This document shows, piece after piece, positions 38,624 to 47,164 of a DNA stretch of 64,000 nucleotides. Below the pieces are notes generated by a model. The model was given only the letters and a program-made list of their open reading frames with translations, was not told where the DNA came from and searched no databases. The stretch is from contig JAHLLQ010000010.1 in the NCBI GenBank assembly GCA_020444065.1, positions 76,866-140,865 of the forward strand. Reading direction: 5' to 3'. The stretch's first letter is position 1, and each line of letters opens with the position of its first letter. Both the position numbers and the translations under genes were made by a program. This DNA is from a bacterium (GTDB taxonomy: Bacteria > Sumerlaeota > Sumerlaeia > SLMS01 > JAHLLQ01).

Positions 38624-39502
38624 TCAGCCGGGCAGTTGTGCGGCGGCGCACATGGCGCGGGCGCGGTCGTTGACTTTGCCCATCAGGCTGCGGGTTACGG
38701 GGCCGACCTGGCCGTTACCGATGGGCTTCCCGTCCAGCCGAGTGGCAGGCATGATCTCCATCGTGGTGGAACTGATGAAGGCCTCCGGCGCGGCGGCGAA
38801 TTCGTCGAGCGTCACGGCTTCCTCGACGACTTCGACGCCTTCCTCGCGGGCCACCTGGAGAACGAGCAGGCGCGTGACGCCCGGCAGGATCCGGTTGTTC
38901 AGCGGATGTGTGCGGACGACGCCGTCGATCACGCAATAGGCGTTGGACGCCCCGCATTCGGTGACGGTGCCGTCTTCGCGGTAGAGGAGGGCTTCGAAGC
39001 AGCCGGCGCGGCGGGCGCGTTCTTTGGCCAGGACATTCGGCAGCAGGGCGAGGGACTTGATGTTGCAGCGCGCCCAGCGCTCGTCCGGGTGAGAGAGCAG
39101 CGCGACGCCGTCGCGATAGTGCTCGGGGGCATGCGCCTGGAGTTCGCGCACGTACCAGAGTTCCGTCGGTGGGCAGTCTTTCGCGAGCGGGAAGGTGTGT
39201 TTGCGCGGAGAGGCGCCGCGGGTGAGCTGGCCGTAGAGCAGGCAGTCGCCGAAGCCGCTTTCGCGGACCAGCGATCGGATGTTCTCGGCGCGCTCGTCAC
39301 GCGTCCCCGGGGGTTCGATCAGAATCGCGCGGGCGCTGTTCTCGAAGCGCTGCAGATGCTCGTCGAGCATGAGCGGCACGCCGTCGTAGCAACGGATCGC
39401 CTCGTAGATTCCATCGGCAAACTGAAATCCCCGATCCTCGACGGAAACGCGTCCTTCGGACAGGGGCATTACACGGCCATTCAACCAGAGCAATTCACGC
39501 AT
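38624..39502 (-). CDS. Class IV aminotransferase (branched-chain amino acid / D-amino acid aminotransferase family)
   Basis: A PLP fold type IV layout is present, with the conserved E.F..STT.EI.P motif (EAFISSTTMEIMP). Confidence 0.8.
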   Translation of the reverse strand: MRELLWLNGRVMPLSEGRVSVEDRGFQFADGIYEAIRCYDGVPLMLDEHLQRFENSARAILIEPPGTRDERAENIRSLVRESGFGDCLLYGQLTRGASPRKHTFPLAKDCPPTELWYVRELQAHAPEHYRDGVALLSHPDERWARCNIKSLALLPNVLAKERARRAGCFEALLYREDGTVTECGASNAYCVIDGVVRTHPLNNRILPGVTRLLVLQVAREEGVEVVEEAVTLDEFAAAPEAFISSTTMEIMPATRLDGKPIGNGQVGPVTRSLMGKVNDRARAMCAAAQLPG

Positions 39503-39791
39503 CAGCAGTCACCATCAGGCCTGAAGTGTCCACTTCTGGTGCCCGGCTCGGGGCAACAGTGTCAAAACCAATCGCCATGGGGAGGATCGAAAAACTGGGG
39601 GTGTCCCGGGGGAGGGGTGATCGCGCAGAGGCGCAAAGGCGCAGAGGAGAGAGTGCGGTCGTTACCGTTCTTCGGTAGTCGCCAAGACCGAATTACGGCG
39701 CGCGAGCACAATTCAAACCCAGCTCCTCTCCGAGAGGATTGGGGCGGGGGCCACACGGGGACTGGATGTCTATTCCTTGCCCTGGGGGGCA

Positions 39792-40334
39792 TCAGTTCAT
39801 CGCAATGCCATTCGCGTTCAGAATGAAGATGGCGTCGTTGGCTTGATGGACGGTGCCTTGGACGGTGATTTCTGCACCGGGGGCCAGGTCGTTGATGCCT
39901 TGCAGTCCAAGACGAAGTGTCTTGCCGTCTGAGTCGACGACTTGGATGGTTGCGCTGTTGGCAGCGACGACATCGCCGGGTACACAACAGGCATCCCAGG
40001 GGATTCGGCATTCGTTTCCACAGGCCGGTGCTTTTTCACTGTCGGCGAGAAGGAAGATGGCGCGGCCGTCGGTGAAGGGCTCGGCGCGGCCACCGATGTA
40101 GCCCGTCACTGTGACTTCTTCTCCGACTTGCGCGCTGGATCGAGTGGCGGACACGGACGTTGCGTTGGCAGGGGTTTCGGACAGGAAGAATCCCTGCGGC
40201 AGGGCTATCGCGGATTCCGTTTCTCCGGTTGTTCGCATTTCTTGTGGTGCGTTTGCTGTCTTCGTGGTCTCCTGGCTGCAAGCGGCGAAGACGAACGCAG
40301 ATGCAAGGATGAAGGGGGTGATCTTGTGCTTCAT
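39792..40334 (-). CDS. Putative lipoprotein of unknown function
   Basis: A signal peptide with the lipobox-like sequence FAACS is present. It is the last gene of the efflux operon. Confidence 0.55.
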   Translation of the reverse strand: MKHKITPFILASAFVFAACSQETTKTANAPQEMRTTGETESAIALPQGFFLSETPANATSVSATRSSAQVGEEVTVTGYIGGRAEPFTDGRAIFLLADSEKAPACGNECRIPWDACCVPGDVVAANSATIQVVDSDGKTLRLGLQGINDLAPGAEITVQGTVHQANDAIFILNANGIAMN

Positions 40335-40362
40335 GGAATAGCTCCTATGTGCGATTGATTGC

Positions 40363-41529
40363 TCAGAGTGACTTCAGTGCTTCAGGAATTGGCATACGCA
40401 GGCACCGCCATGCAGGGGGCAATGCGCCGAGAAAGCCGAGGAAAAGCCCTACGGTGGCGCCGGCGGTCAGTACAGTGCTGTTCAGGGTCAGTTCGAACAC
40501 GCCCATGGAGAAGGAGACGGCGATCCCATCGAGCAAGACCTTGGCTGCCGCAATGGCGACGAAGACGGCAATGGCCGCGGCCAGAATGGCCTCCTGCACG
40601 AGACTCAAAACGATGGCCCGGCGTGGGTAGCCGAGGGATTGCAGCATCCCGATCTCGCGAGCCCGGGCGGCAAAGGCACTGTAAAGAGTGTTCAGTCCGC
40701 CGAGAATACCGGCCAGGGCGATCAGGATTGCCGTGGCCCAGATCATGATCTGAATCGGTTGGTAGAAGCGCAGCAGCGATGCATAGTATTCTGTCTCCGC
40801 GATGGCAGACAGTTCCAGGTCCACGCGCATCTTTGTGAAGGCATCCACGTCGGCGAACTCCGCGTCACCTAAACGGATAACGACGCAGGAAAGGCCGTCG
40901 CGTTTGGTGGCCACCTGCAGGTCCGTCAACGGGGTCCAAAGCTCCGCATCCATCACGGTCCCTCGAGCTTGGAAGTGTCCCACGACAGTCCATGGTTCGC
41001 CTTCGAAGAAAAGGGACTCGCCGATAGCCAAAGCCGAGGCCGGCAAACTGAGTTTCTCCGCTGCCAGCCTGCCGGCGATGATTTCATTCCGGCCCGATTG
41101 TGGGGCGCGGCCCTCGACGATCTCCACTCGCTCGTGGATCAGAAATGCTTCTGGTGTTATCCCTCGGACAACCGCGCGCAATTCTTCCGTTTCACCCTCG
41201 TTCTCGAAGAAGATGAGTCCCGACAGAATCTCCGGCGAAACAAAGGCAACTCCGGCCACCGAGTGAATTCCCGGCAGACTCGCGCTCAGAATACCTGGGG
41301 TTGTTGCCGGGATTTCGCTCCGTTCGATGCTCTCTTCGCTTCCCGTGGCAAGCAGGATGACGTTGCGCGAGTCGTTGCGAATGCTCAGCGACGATCGCAT
41401 GCCTTCGATGAATGCTGCCGCCGCAATGATCAGTAGAACAACGAGCGCATTACCGAGCAGAATTGCCAGAAAGCGTCTCGGTGATCGGCCCAGATTGCGG
41501 ACGGCGTAGTCGAATGGAAGTCGTCTCAT
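40363..41529 (-). CDS. ABC transporter permease, FtsX/MacB-like
   Basis: MRRLPFDYAVRNLGRSPRR is an N-terminus typical of the MacB/FtsX permease family. A large periplasmic domain is followed by 3 C-terminal TM helices. Confidence 0.8.
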   Translation of the reverse strand: MRRLPFDYAVRNLGRSPRRFLAILLGNALVVLLIIAAAAFIEGMRSSLSIRNDSRNVILLATGSEESIERSEIPATTPGILSASLPGIHSVAGVAFVSPEILSGLIFFENEGETEELRAVVRGITPEAFLIHERVEIVEGRAPQSGRNEIIAGRLAAEKLSLPASALAIGESLFFEGEPWTVVGHFQARGTVMDAELWTPLTDLQVATKRDGLSCVVIRLGDAEFADVDAFTKMRVDLELSAIAETEYYASLLRFYQPIQIMIWATAILIALAGILGGLNTLYSAFAARAREIGMLQSLGYPRRAIVLSLVQEAILAAAIAVFVAIAAAKVLLDGIAVSFSMGVFELTLNSTVLTAGATVGLFLGFLGALPPAWRCLRMPIPEALKSL

Positions 41530-41530
41530 G

Positions 41531-42673
41531 CTAAACCGCCCGGAACGCTTCCGCCGTCGAGAGGCGTGCCGCGCGTAGAGCCGGAACCAATCCGGCTGCG
41601 ACGCCAATCGTGGCGCACACGCCGAGTCCCGTCGCGATGGTCAACGCGTTGGCTTGAATGATGACGCTGAGTCCTTCCACCGAAAATGTAAATTGGCCGA
41701 GTTGCGATACAGCAAAGGCGATTCCCACGCCCAGCACTCCTCCCAGCAGGCTGAGCCCCAAGCTCTCGATGACGACCAATCGGGTGATGAGGTTCTCCGA
41801 GTATCCCAGGGTCTGCATAACAGCGTGGTCTTTCACACGATCCTGAACGGATAGAGAAATCGCGTTGGCCACCAAGGCAAAGATCGCCACCAGACTGCCG
41901 ATGCCCAGCCACCCCGCGAACTCCACCAGGCGCACAATGTCTGTCACAGCCCGAGCGACGAACGCCTTCTCGGAGGACGTCCATGTTGGTGCCTGGGCAT
42001 TTGCGAACGTCTCGTCGATCATCGCCGCCACCGCGTCCAACTGACTGGAATCGGTGACTTCGACGTTGAATTGCGTTACGACTCCTTCTTTATTCCCGGC
42101 GGCTCGTTGAATAAAGTCCAGGTGAACATAGGCGACGTTCTGATCCTGAGGATCAGCCGAATCCAGAATCCCAGCGATGTTGACCGTGATACCCGCCGCG
42201 CTCAGGCGATCGCCAACACCGAGGCCGCGTCGCTCTGCCAGCCGTTTGCCAACTAACGCCGCATCGTTTCGGCGCGTCCATTCCGCGAGACCGCCGCTGA
42301 TCAACTCCATCTCCGAATTGCGCAGTGCTTCCTCCTCGACGCCGCGAAACGTCACCACATCCAGCGATGCCCGGCAGTTGCTGACCACAATGCGCATCGG
42401 CGCGACGCTCCTGACGCCGGGAATCTCGCCGATGGCCCGCGTGTAATCCTCCGGCAGTTCGCTCGTGAATGGGCAGAATCGATTCTCGCGATAGACGACC
42501 AGACTTGTCTCGTTGGCTGTTTCTTGTGTCGCCGATGCGACGCCTGAACGCATGGCCTGGACCGCGCAGAACAGGAACATCGCCGTGGCAATGCCGCCCA
42601 GCGTCAGCATTGTTCGCGCTCGGTGGCGCACGATGTATTTACAAACCAGCGGAATCATCCGTGCGGGAATCAT
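41531..42673 (-). CDS. ABC transporter permease, FtsX/MacB-like (second copy)
   Basis: Same architecture as the gene at 40363-41529, and its stop overlaps that gene's start. Confidence 0.8.
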   Translation of the reverse strand: MIPARMIPLVCKYIVRHRARTMLTLGGIATAMFLFCAVQAMRSGVASATQETANETSLVVYRENRFCPFTSELPEDYTRAIGEIPGVRSVAPMRIVVSNCRASLDVVTFRGVEEEALRNSEMELISGGLAEWTRRNDAALVGKRLAERRGLGVGDRLSAAGITVNIAGILDSADPQDQNVAYVHLDFIQRAAGNKEGVVTQFNVEVTDSSQLDAVAAMIDETFANAQAPTWTSSEKAFVARAVTDIVRLVEFAGWLGIGSLVAIFALVANAISLSVQDRVKDHAVMQTLGYSENLITRLVVIESLGLSLLGGVLGVGIAFAVSQLGQFTFSVEGLSVIIQANALTIATGLGVCATIGVAAGLVPALRAARLSTAEAFRAV

Positions 42674-43362
42674 GAGGCGGCCTGCTCCAGTTCCTCCACC
42701 AGTCGACCCTTCTCCAGGTGCAGTGTTCGGCTGGCGTACGCTGTTGCGGACGGATCATGTGTCACCATGATCAACGTGCAGTTCATTTCGCGTGAGAGTT
42801 GCTGCAACAACGTAAGGATCTCATGGGCGGAGGATTTGTCCAAGTCACCCGTTGGCTCGTCCGCCACGATGATCTTCGGTTTGGTGACGATCGCGCGGGC
42901 GATCGCCACGCGCTGCTCCTGACCGCCGGACAATTGCCGCGGATAGTGATCGTGGCGATTCGCAATGCCGACCATGTTCAGGGCTTGCGATACTTGCTCG
43001 TGGCGTTCATTGCGAGACATCGGCTGCAGCAGGAGGGGAAGCTCGACATTCTCGTAAGCCGTAAGCACCGGCACCAGATTGTAGAGTTGGAAGATATAGC
43101 CCACGTGATCGCGGCGCCAGTCTGCCAGCGCCGACCGCGACAGCTTGGCGATGTTCCGTCCACCGACGAACAATTCGCCCGCGGTCGGTCGATCGATTCC
43201 GGCAACCAGGTTCAGCAACGTTGTCTTTCCACTGCCCGACGGCCCCATGAGTGCCAGAAACTCTCCGGCCTCAACATCCAGATCCAGTTCATTCAGGGGC
43301 GTAATCTTCTGATCGCCCCGCTGGTAAGTTCTCGTCAATCCGCGGCATTCGATAAATGGCAT
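42670..43362 (-). CDS. ABC transporter ATP-binding protein (MacB/LolD-like)
   Basis: Walker A GPSGSGKTT, Q-loop, signature LSGGQEQRVAIARA, Walker B IVADEPTGDLD and H-loop are present. Confidence 0.9.
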   Translation of the reverse strand: MPFIECRGLTRTYQRGDQKITPLNELDLDVEAGEFLALMGPSGSGKTTLLNLVAGIDRPTAGELFVGGRNIAKLSRSALADWRRDHVGYIFQLYNLVPVLTAYENVELPLLLQPMSRNERHEQVSQALNMVGIANRHDHYPRQLSGGQEQRVAIARAIVTKPKIIVADEPTGDLDKSSAHEILTLLQQLSREMNCTLIMVTHDPSATAYASRTLHLEKGRLVEELEQAAS

Positions 43363-43363
43363 G

Positions 43364-44830
43364 TCAGTCAGTACCTCCTTGGCGGGTACGTACTCGCAGG
43401 TCCGCTTCGAGATTCCGGGCGGCAGACACGATAACCAGATCGCCTGGTCGGAGACCGGTCTTGATCTCATGCCAGCCCTCCTTCTGCGCGCCCGTGGTTG
43501 TAACGTGGCGTTCGGCGGCGATGCCCTCCTCGCCATCGAACTCGGTCACAATCCACACACGGTCCCCGTCGATGGCTTCCGCCGGGGCAAAGACCGACCG
43601 CCCTCCAGGCGCTTGCCCCTGACCAAGCGACTCGGAGACGGAAAGAAACCGAACCCGCGCCAACATCTCCGGCTTCAATTCTGCAGCCGGGTCCGCCAAT
43701 GCCACTTTGACTTCGAGGGTGTTCTTCTGAATATCGGCCCGGTTCGTGATGCGGGAGACTTTTCCGGAAAACGTACGATCTGGGAGAACTTCCACCACGA
43801 CCCGAGCCGGCTGTCCGACGCCGATCTTCGCCGCATCCGCCAGCGGCACATCCACGCGCACTTGCAGTTTAGCTGGATCGTACAACTCTGCCGCGCGCGA
43901 CATTTGTGCATCCTCGGGTGCCGTCATGATGACCGATCCCGGCTCGACTTGTCGCTGCATCACGACCCCGTCGATGGGGGCCTTGATTTCCAGACGGTCT
44001 ACCCGCAACTGGGCCTCGTCCAGCGCCACTCGTGCAAGGTCCAGCCTGCGGCGCTCCTCTGTTCGCAACTCGAGGCGGCGTTGGGCTGCTTTCTCTTCCG
44101 CCTTGGCGCGATCGAGCTTCGCCCCGAGTTCATCGATCCGCCGTTCCACCACACGCACGCGGGCCGACTGGGCCGAGTGGGAGGCCTCCGTCGTATCAAA
44201 CTCCTCTCGTGAGATTGTTCCGTCCGCCAGCAGGCTCTTTCTTCGCTCATGAATGCGATCCGCCTCTTGCAGCAGCGCCATCTCCATGTCGCGTTCCGCG
44301 CGGGCCAATTCGAGCGACGCCGCTATCTCGCGAACCCCCGCCGTTGCCACGGAAGCCGCTCGTTGAGCCTCGATGTTCGCCTCCCAAGCCTCTTCCGCCG
44401 CGACCGCTTCGGCTTGCGCACGACGTAGCGCCAGGCGCGCGTCGTCATCCACCAATCGCGCCAGGACTTGCCCCTCTGTCACCGCATCGCCCTCGAGGAA
44501 TAGCACCTCCTCGACGGTGCCACCGGTCAGTGCCGTCGCATAGACAGGAAACGGATCGGGCTCAATCCAACCGGCCGCTTGCGCCACCACAGTTCCGGAA
44601 GCTGGGTCGCTGGGAGCCGCCGCTCGATTGATGGCAGGATGCTCAACCACCGGCACCACCTCCACCGTCACGGCCGGCGACAGACTATCCGCCGCCGACC
44701 CGGCAAAGAGAATGGCGAAGGCCAGGAGAATTCCCACCGGCAAGGCCACCCGCGTTGCCCACCGAAACGGAGGACGTGGGACTGCCTCGCTTCGCGAAGC
44801 CGACAGAGAATTGGGGGCGGAAGAATTCAT
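43364..44830 (-). CDS. HlyD/MacA-type periplasmic adaptor (membrane fusion protein)
   Basis: The layout is N-terminal TM, a long coiled-coil (AEAVAAEEAWEAN...RRLELRTEERRRLDLAR), then lipoyl and beta-barrel segments. Confidence 0.85.
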   Translation of the reverse strand: MNSSAPNSLSASRSEAVPRPPFRWATRVALPVGILLAFAILFAGSAADSLSPAVTVEVVPVVEHPAINRAAAPSDPASGTVVAQAAGWIEPDPFPVYATALTGGTVEEVLFLEGDAVTEGQVLARLVDDDARLALRRAQAEAVAAEEAWEANIEAQRAASVATAGVREIAASLELARAERDMEMALLQEADRIHERRKSLLADGTISREEFDTTEASHSAQSARVRVVERRIDELGAKLDRAKAEEKAAQRRLELRTEERRRLDLARVALDEAQLRVDRLEIKAPIDGVVMQRQVEPGSVIMTAPEDAQMSRAAELYDPAKLQVRVDVPLADAAKIGVGQPARVVVEVLPDRTFSGKVSRITNRADIQKNTLEVKVALADPAAELKPEMLARVRFLSVSESLGQGQAPGGRSVFAPAEAIDGDRVWIVTEFDGEEGIAAERHVTTTGAQKEGWHEIKTGLRPGDLVIVSAARNLEADLRVRTRQGGTD

Positions 44831-44933
44831 GATTCCCGCCGCCCAAGACGGAAGTTGGAAACAAACAACATGGAATGCACCTCTTTGCTGAGAAGAAGAA
44901 AACGACTATTCGACGAACCAACGGCTCATCGAA

Positions 44934-45359
44934 TCAGCAAAGAAGCACTTGGAACTGAAGATGAAGGGATGTCTTGAGAGAAGGAATCCGCAAGTCCGGC
45001 AATTTCGTCCGCACAGAATCTGCGTCCATCACGGGCAGCCCGTCGTGCGCCAGGGCGACTGGGGGCTTGGCCATCGGCACCTGCTTTACCAGTCGCTTGG
45101 GGATCTGGACATGCTGGTCCGGCGATCCCGCATTGCGGCAAGCCCGGGGGCAATTCTCCGTCGGTTCTGAGCAGGATTCCGGCGTCACCGTCTGGAAGGC
45201 AATGCCGCAACAGGAGTGCTCGTGCAACTGCCCCGCCTCGGCACCGGCCGTCGCCTCCTGTCCCCAGCAGCAGAAAGCCGGTGCCGACTGCAACGCTGTC
45301 GCGAAGGCGAAGACTGCAACCAGCAGGCAAGCCACCAATCGTCGATTCGGCTTCCTCAT
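44934..45359 (-). CDS. Small Cys-rich secreted protein (8 Cys; HEHSCCG and CSEPTENCPRAC motifs)
   Basis: A signal-peptide-like N-terminus (MRKPNRRLVACLLVAVFAFATA) and good coding appearance. It sits just upstream of the efflux operon on the same strand. The start is uncertain. Confidence 0.4.
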   Translation of the reverse strand: MRKPNRRLVACLLVAVFAFATALQSAPAFCCWGQEATAGAEAGQLHEHSCCGIAFQTVTPESCSEPTENCPRACRNAGSPDQHVQIPKRLVKQVPMAKPPVALAHDGLPVMDADSVRTKLPDLRIPSLKTSLHLQFQVLLC

Positions 45360-45673
45360 CGCTCTGTTCGCTCCGCTGCCTGCCTTCGGTTCATCTGGCC
45401 GACGGGCATACTCTGCCACTCAACCCCAGGTTTGGAGCCGTCAAGAGAACCAATTCGTATGGAAGTCGCTTGCGACAAGAAGAGATTCCTCTGCACATTC
45501 TAAGTCATCCCCTCGAAAGCAATAATGGTTCCGGATCAACTCAAATCATCACCGCCACCCATTGCCCGCCTGGGCGGGGGAGAGTCTTTCCAATCAGCCG
45601 GGGACTATTGTAAGCCGCCCTGAGAGTCCCAATGTCTGACATTCAGAACATGCCGATTCCAAGCGTGCGGCGC

Positions 45674-45703
45674 AGCTCTTGGGCAAGATGCCCAAGTCAC
45701 TTC
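45674..45703. repeat. Repeat module E variant (gctcttgggcaagatgcccaagtcacttcg)
   Basis: Shares the E-module consensus. Confidence 0.5.
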
Positions 45704-45717
45704 GTATGATCAGGCTT

Positions 45718-46998
45718 TCACACTTCGGCGAAGACCCAGAGGCGGTCGGCCCATTCGGCGGCGGTTTCGGGGCGGAATGCGGGGTGGGGGGAGAGACCGC
45801 GGTGGATGAGGTCGACGAGTTCGGGCGGCAGGTCGCCGCGGTAGTCGGTCAGCGGGATGAGGCGGCCGGCATCGACTTCGTTGATGACGTCACGGGCCGT
45901 TGCACCGTCGTACGGGTAGTATCCGCCGCTGAACATGACGTAGGCGGTGACGGCCAGTCCCCACAGGTCGGTCGATGGGGTGATGGCGTTGGTGCGGAAG
46001 ACTTCCGGGGCGGTGTAGCGGAAGGTTGAAACGCAAACGTGCGAGCGCGTCAGACGGTCGCCGCCGACTTCGATGCCGGCGATGCCGAAGTCGCAGAGGA
46101 CGGCGTGGTCGTCGCGTTTGCGAATCAGGATGTTGCTGGGTTTGACGTCGCGGTGGACGATGCCGCGGCACTGGCGGCCGTGCATGTCGACCCATTCGAA
46201 GCGATGGGCCGCGGAGAGGGCTTCGGCGGTCTGCGCCATGTAGCGGCAGAATCGTCCGTACGGGAAATCGCGCCATTGGCCGACAAGGCGCTCCAGAGAT
46301 TTTCCGTCGACGTACTCGAGGATCATGTAGAGGAAGCCTTCGTCCGGGTTGCCGCCGGCTTCGTCCATGCGGGCGATTCCTTTCACGCGGCTGGCGGCGA
46401 GGCGTTGGGTCAGTTCGGCTTCGCGGCGAAAGCGCCGGATGATGCGTTCGGCTTCTTCCCGATCCTGCATGGCGGACCGCAGGAGTTCGCGGCGCAGGAA
46501 CTTCACGGCGACCCATTCGGCGGACCGGCGCGTGCGTCCGCGCCAGACTTCGCCGTAACCGCCGGTGCCGATTTTCTGGAAGACGGAGAAGCGGTCGGGG
46601 AAATCGCGGTACAGTGCCAGTGGGAAGGGCTGGGGCGCGGCGGGATCGAGGCCCATCGAGTAGGTGCTGGTGTCCTTGTCGGACTTGCGTCTCCACAGGA
46701 CGAGTATCTGTGGGCCGGTGGTGCCGAGGCGAAGGACATCGCGCGGGCTCAGCGGCTCTTCGCCTTTCACGGGCCAGCCGTTGCGGAGTGTCCCGTGGCG
46801 GCTGTCGAGGTCGTGGATGTTCCACCCGCCTTGCGCATTCTTGCGAATGACGGCGTGGTGGCGCGAGACGCCCGCATCGTGATCGGGATCGAAGATGATG
46901 TCGTTGTCGGACGATCGCCCGAGCCGAACCTGGTCGGCCGTGCAGATATACGTCGTGGGCGGACGGGCATCCCCTCCGAGAGCCAGGCACAGAGCCAT
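45718..46998 (-). CDS. Ser/Thr protein kinase with an N-terminal FHA domain
   Basis: The FHA region is VRLGRS.DNDIIFDP...VSRHHAVI. Kinase subdomains are present: GxGxxG as GTGGYGEV, VAVK, HRDVKPSNIL, DFG and APE. Confidence 0.85.
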   Translation of the reverse strand: MALCLALGGDARPPTTYICTADQVRLGRSSDNDIIFDPDHDAGVSRHHAVIRKNAQGGWNIHDLDSRHGTLRNGWPVKGEEPLSPRDVLRLGTTGPQILVLWRRKSDKDTSTYSMGLDPAAPQPFPLALYRDFPDRFSVFQKIGTGGYGEVWRGRTRRSAEWVAVKFLRRELLRSAMQDREEAERIIRRFRREAELTQRLAASRVKGIARMDEAGGNPDEGFLYMILEYVDGKSLERLVGQWRDFPYGRFCRYMAQTAEALSAAHRFEWVDMHGRQCRGIVHRDVKPSNILIRKRDDHAVLCDFGIAGIEVGGDRLTRSHVCVSTFRYTAPEVFRTNAITPSTDLWGLAVTAYVMFSGGYYPYDGATARDVINEVDAGRLIPLTDYRGDLPPELVDLIHRGLSPHPAFRPETAAEWADRLWVFAEV

Positions 46999-47164
46999 CA
47001 GTCAAGCCTCCGCATTCCCTATATGCAAGCGACATGGCAAGTGCAAGCAAGGATGGTACTTGAATGGCATCCTGTCAGCTCAATCTCCCCATTGCGAGGA
47101 GGGAGAGCCCTTTCCCTTGCCTCGGTGGCGCGTCCCGTTTCTCCATCAGGGCGGAGCATTGACG

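Noticed and set aside
38369-39826. 485-aa plus-strand ORF
   Set aside because: Antisense to the class IV aminotransferase gene, and it starts inside the repeat region.
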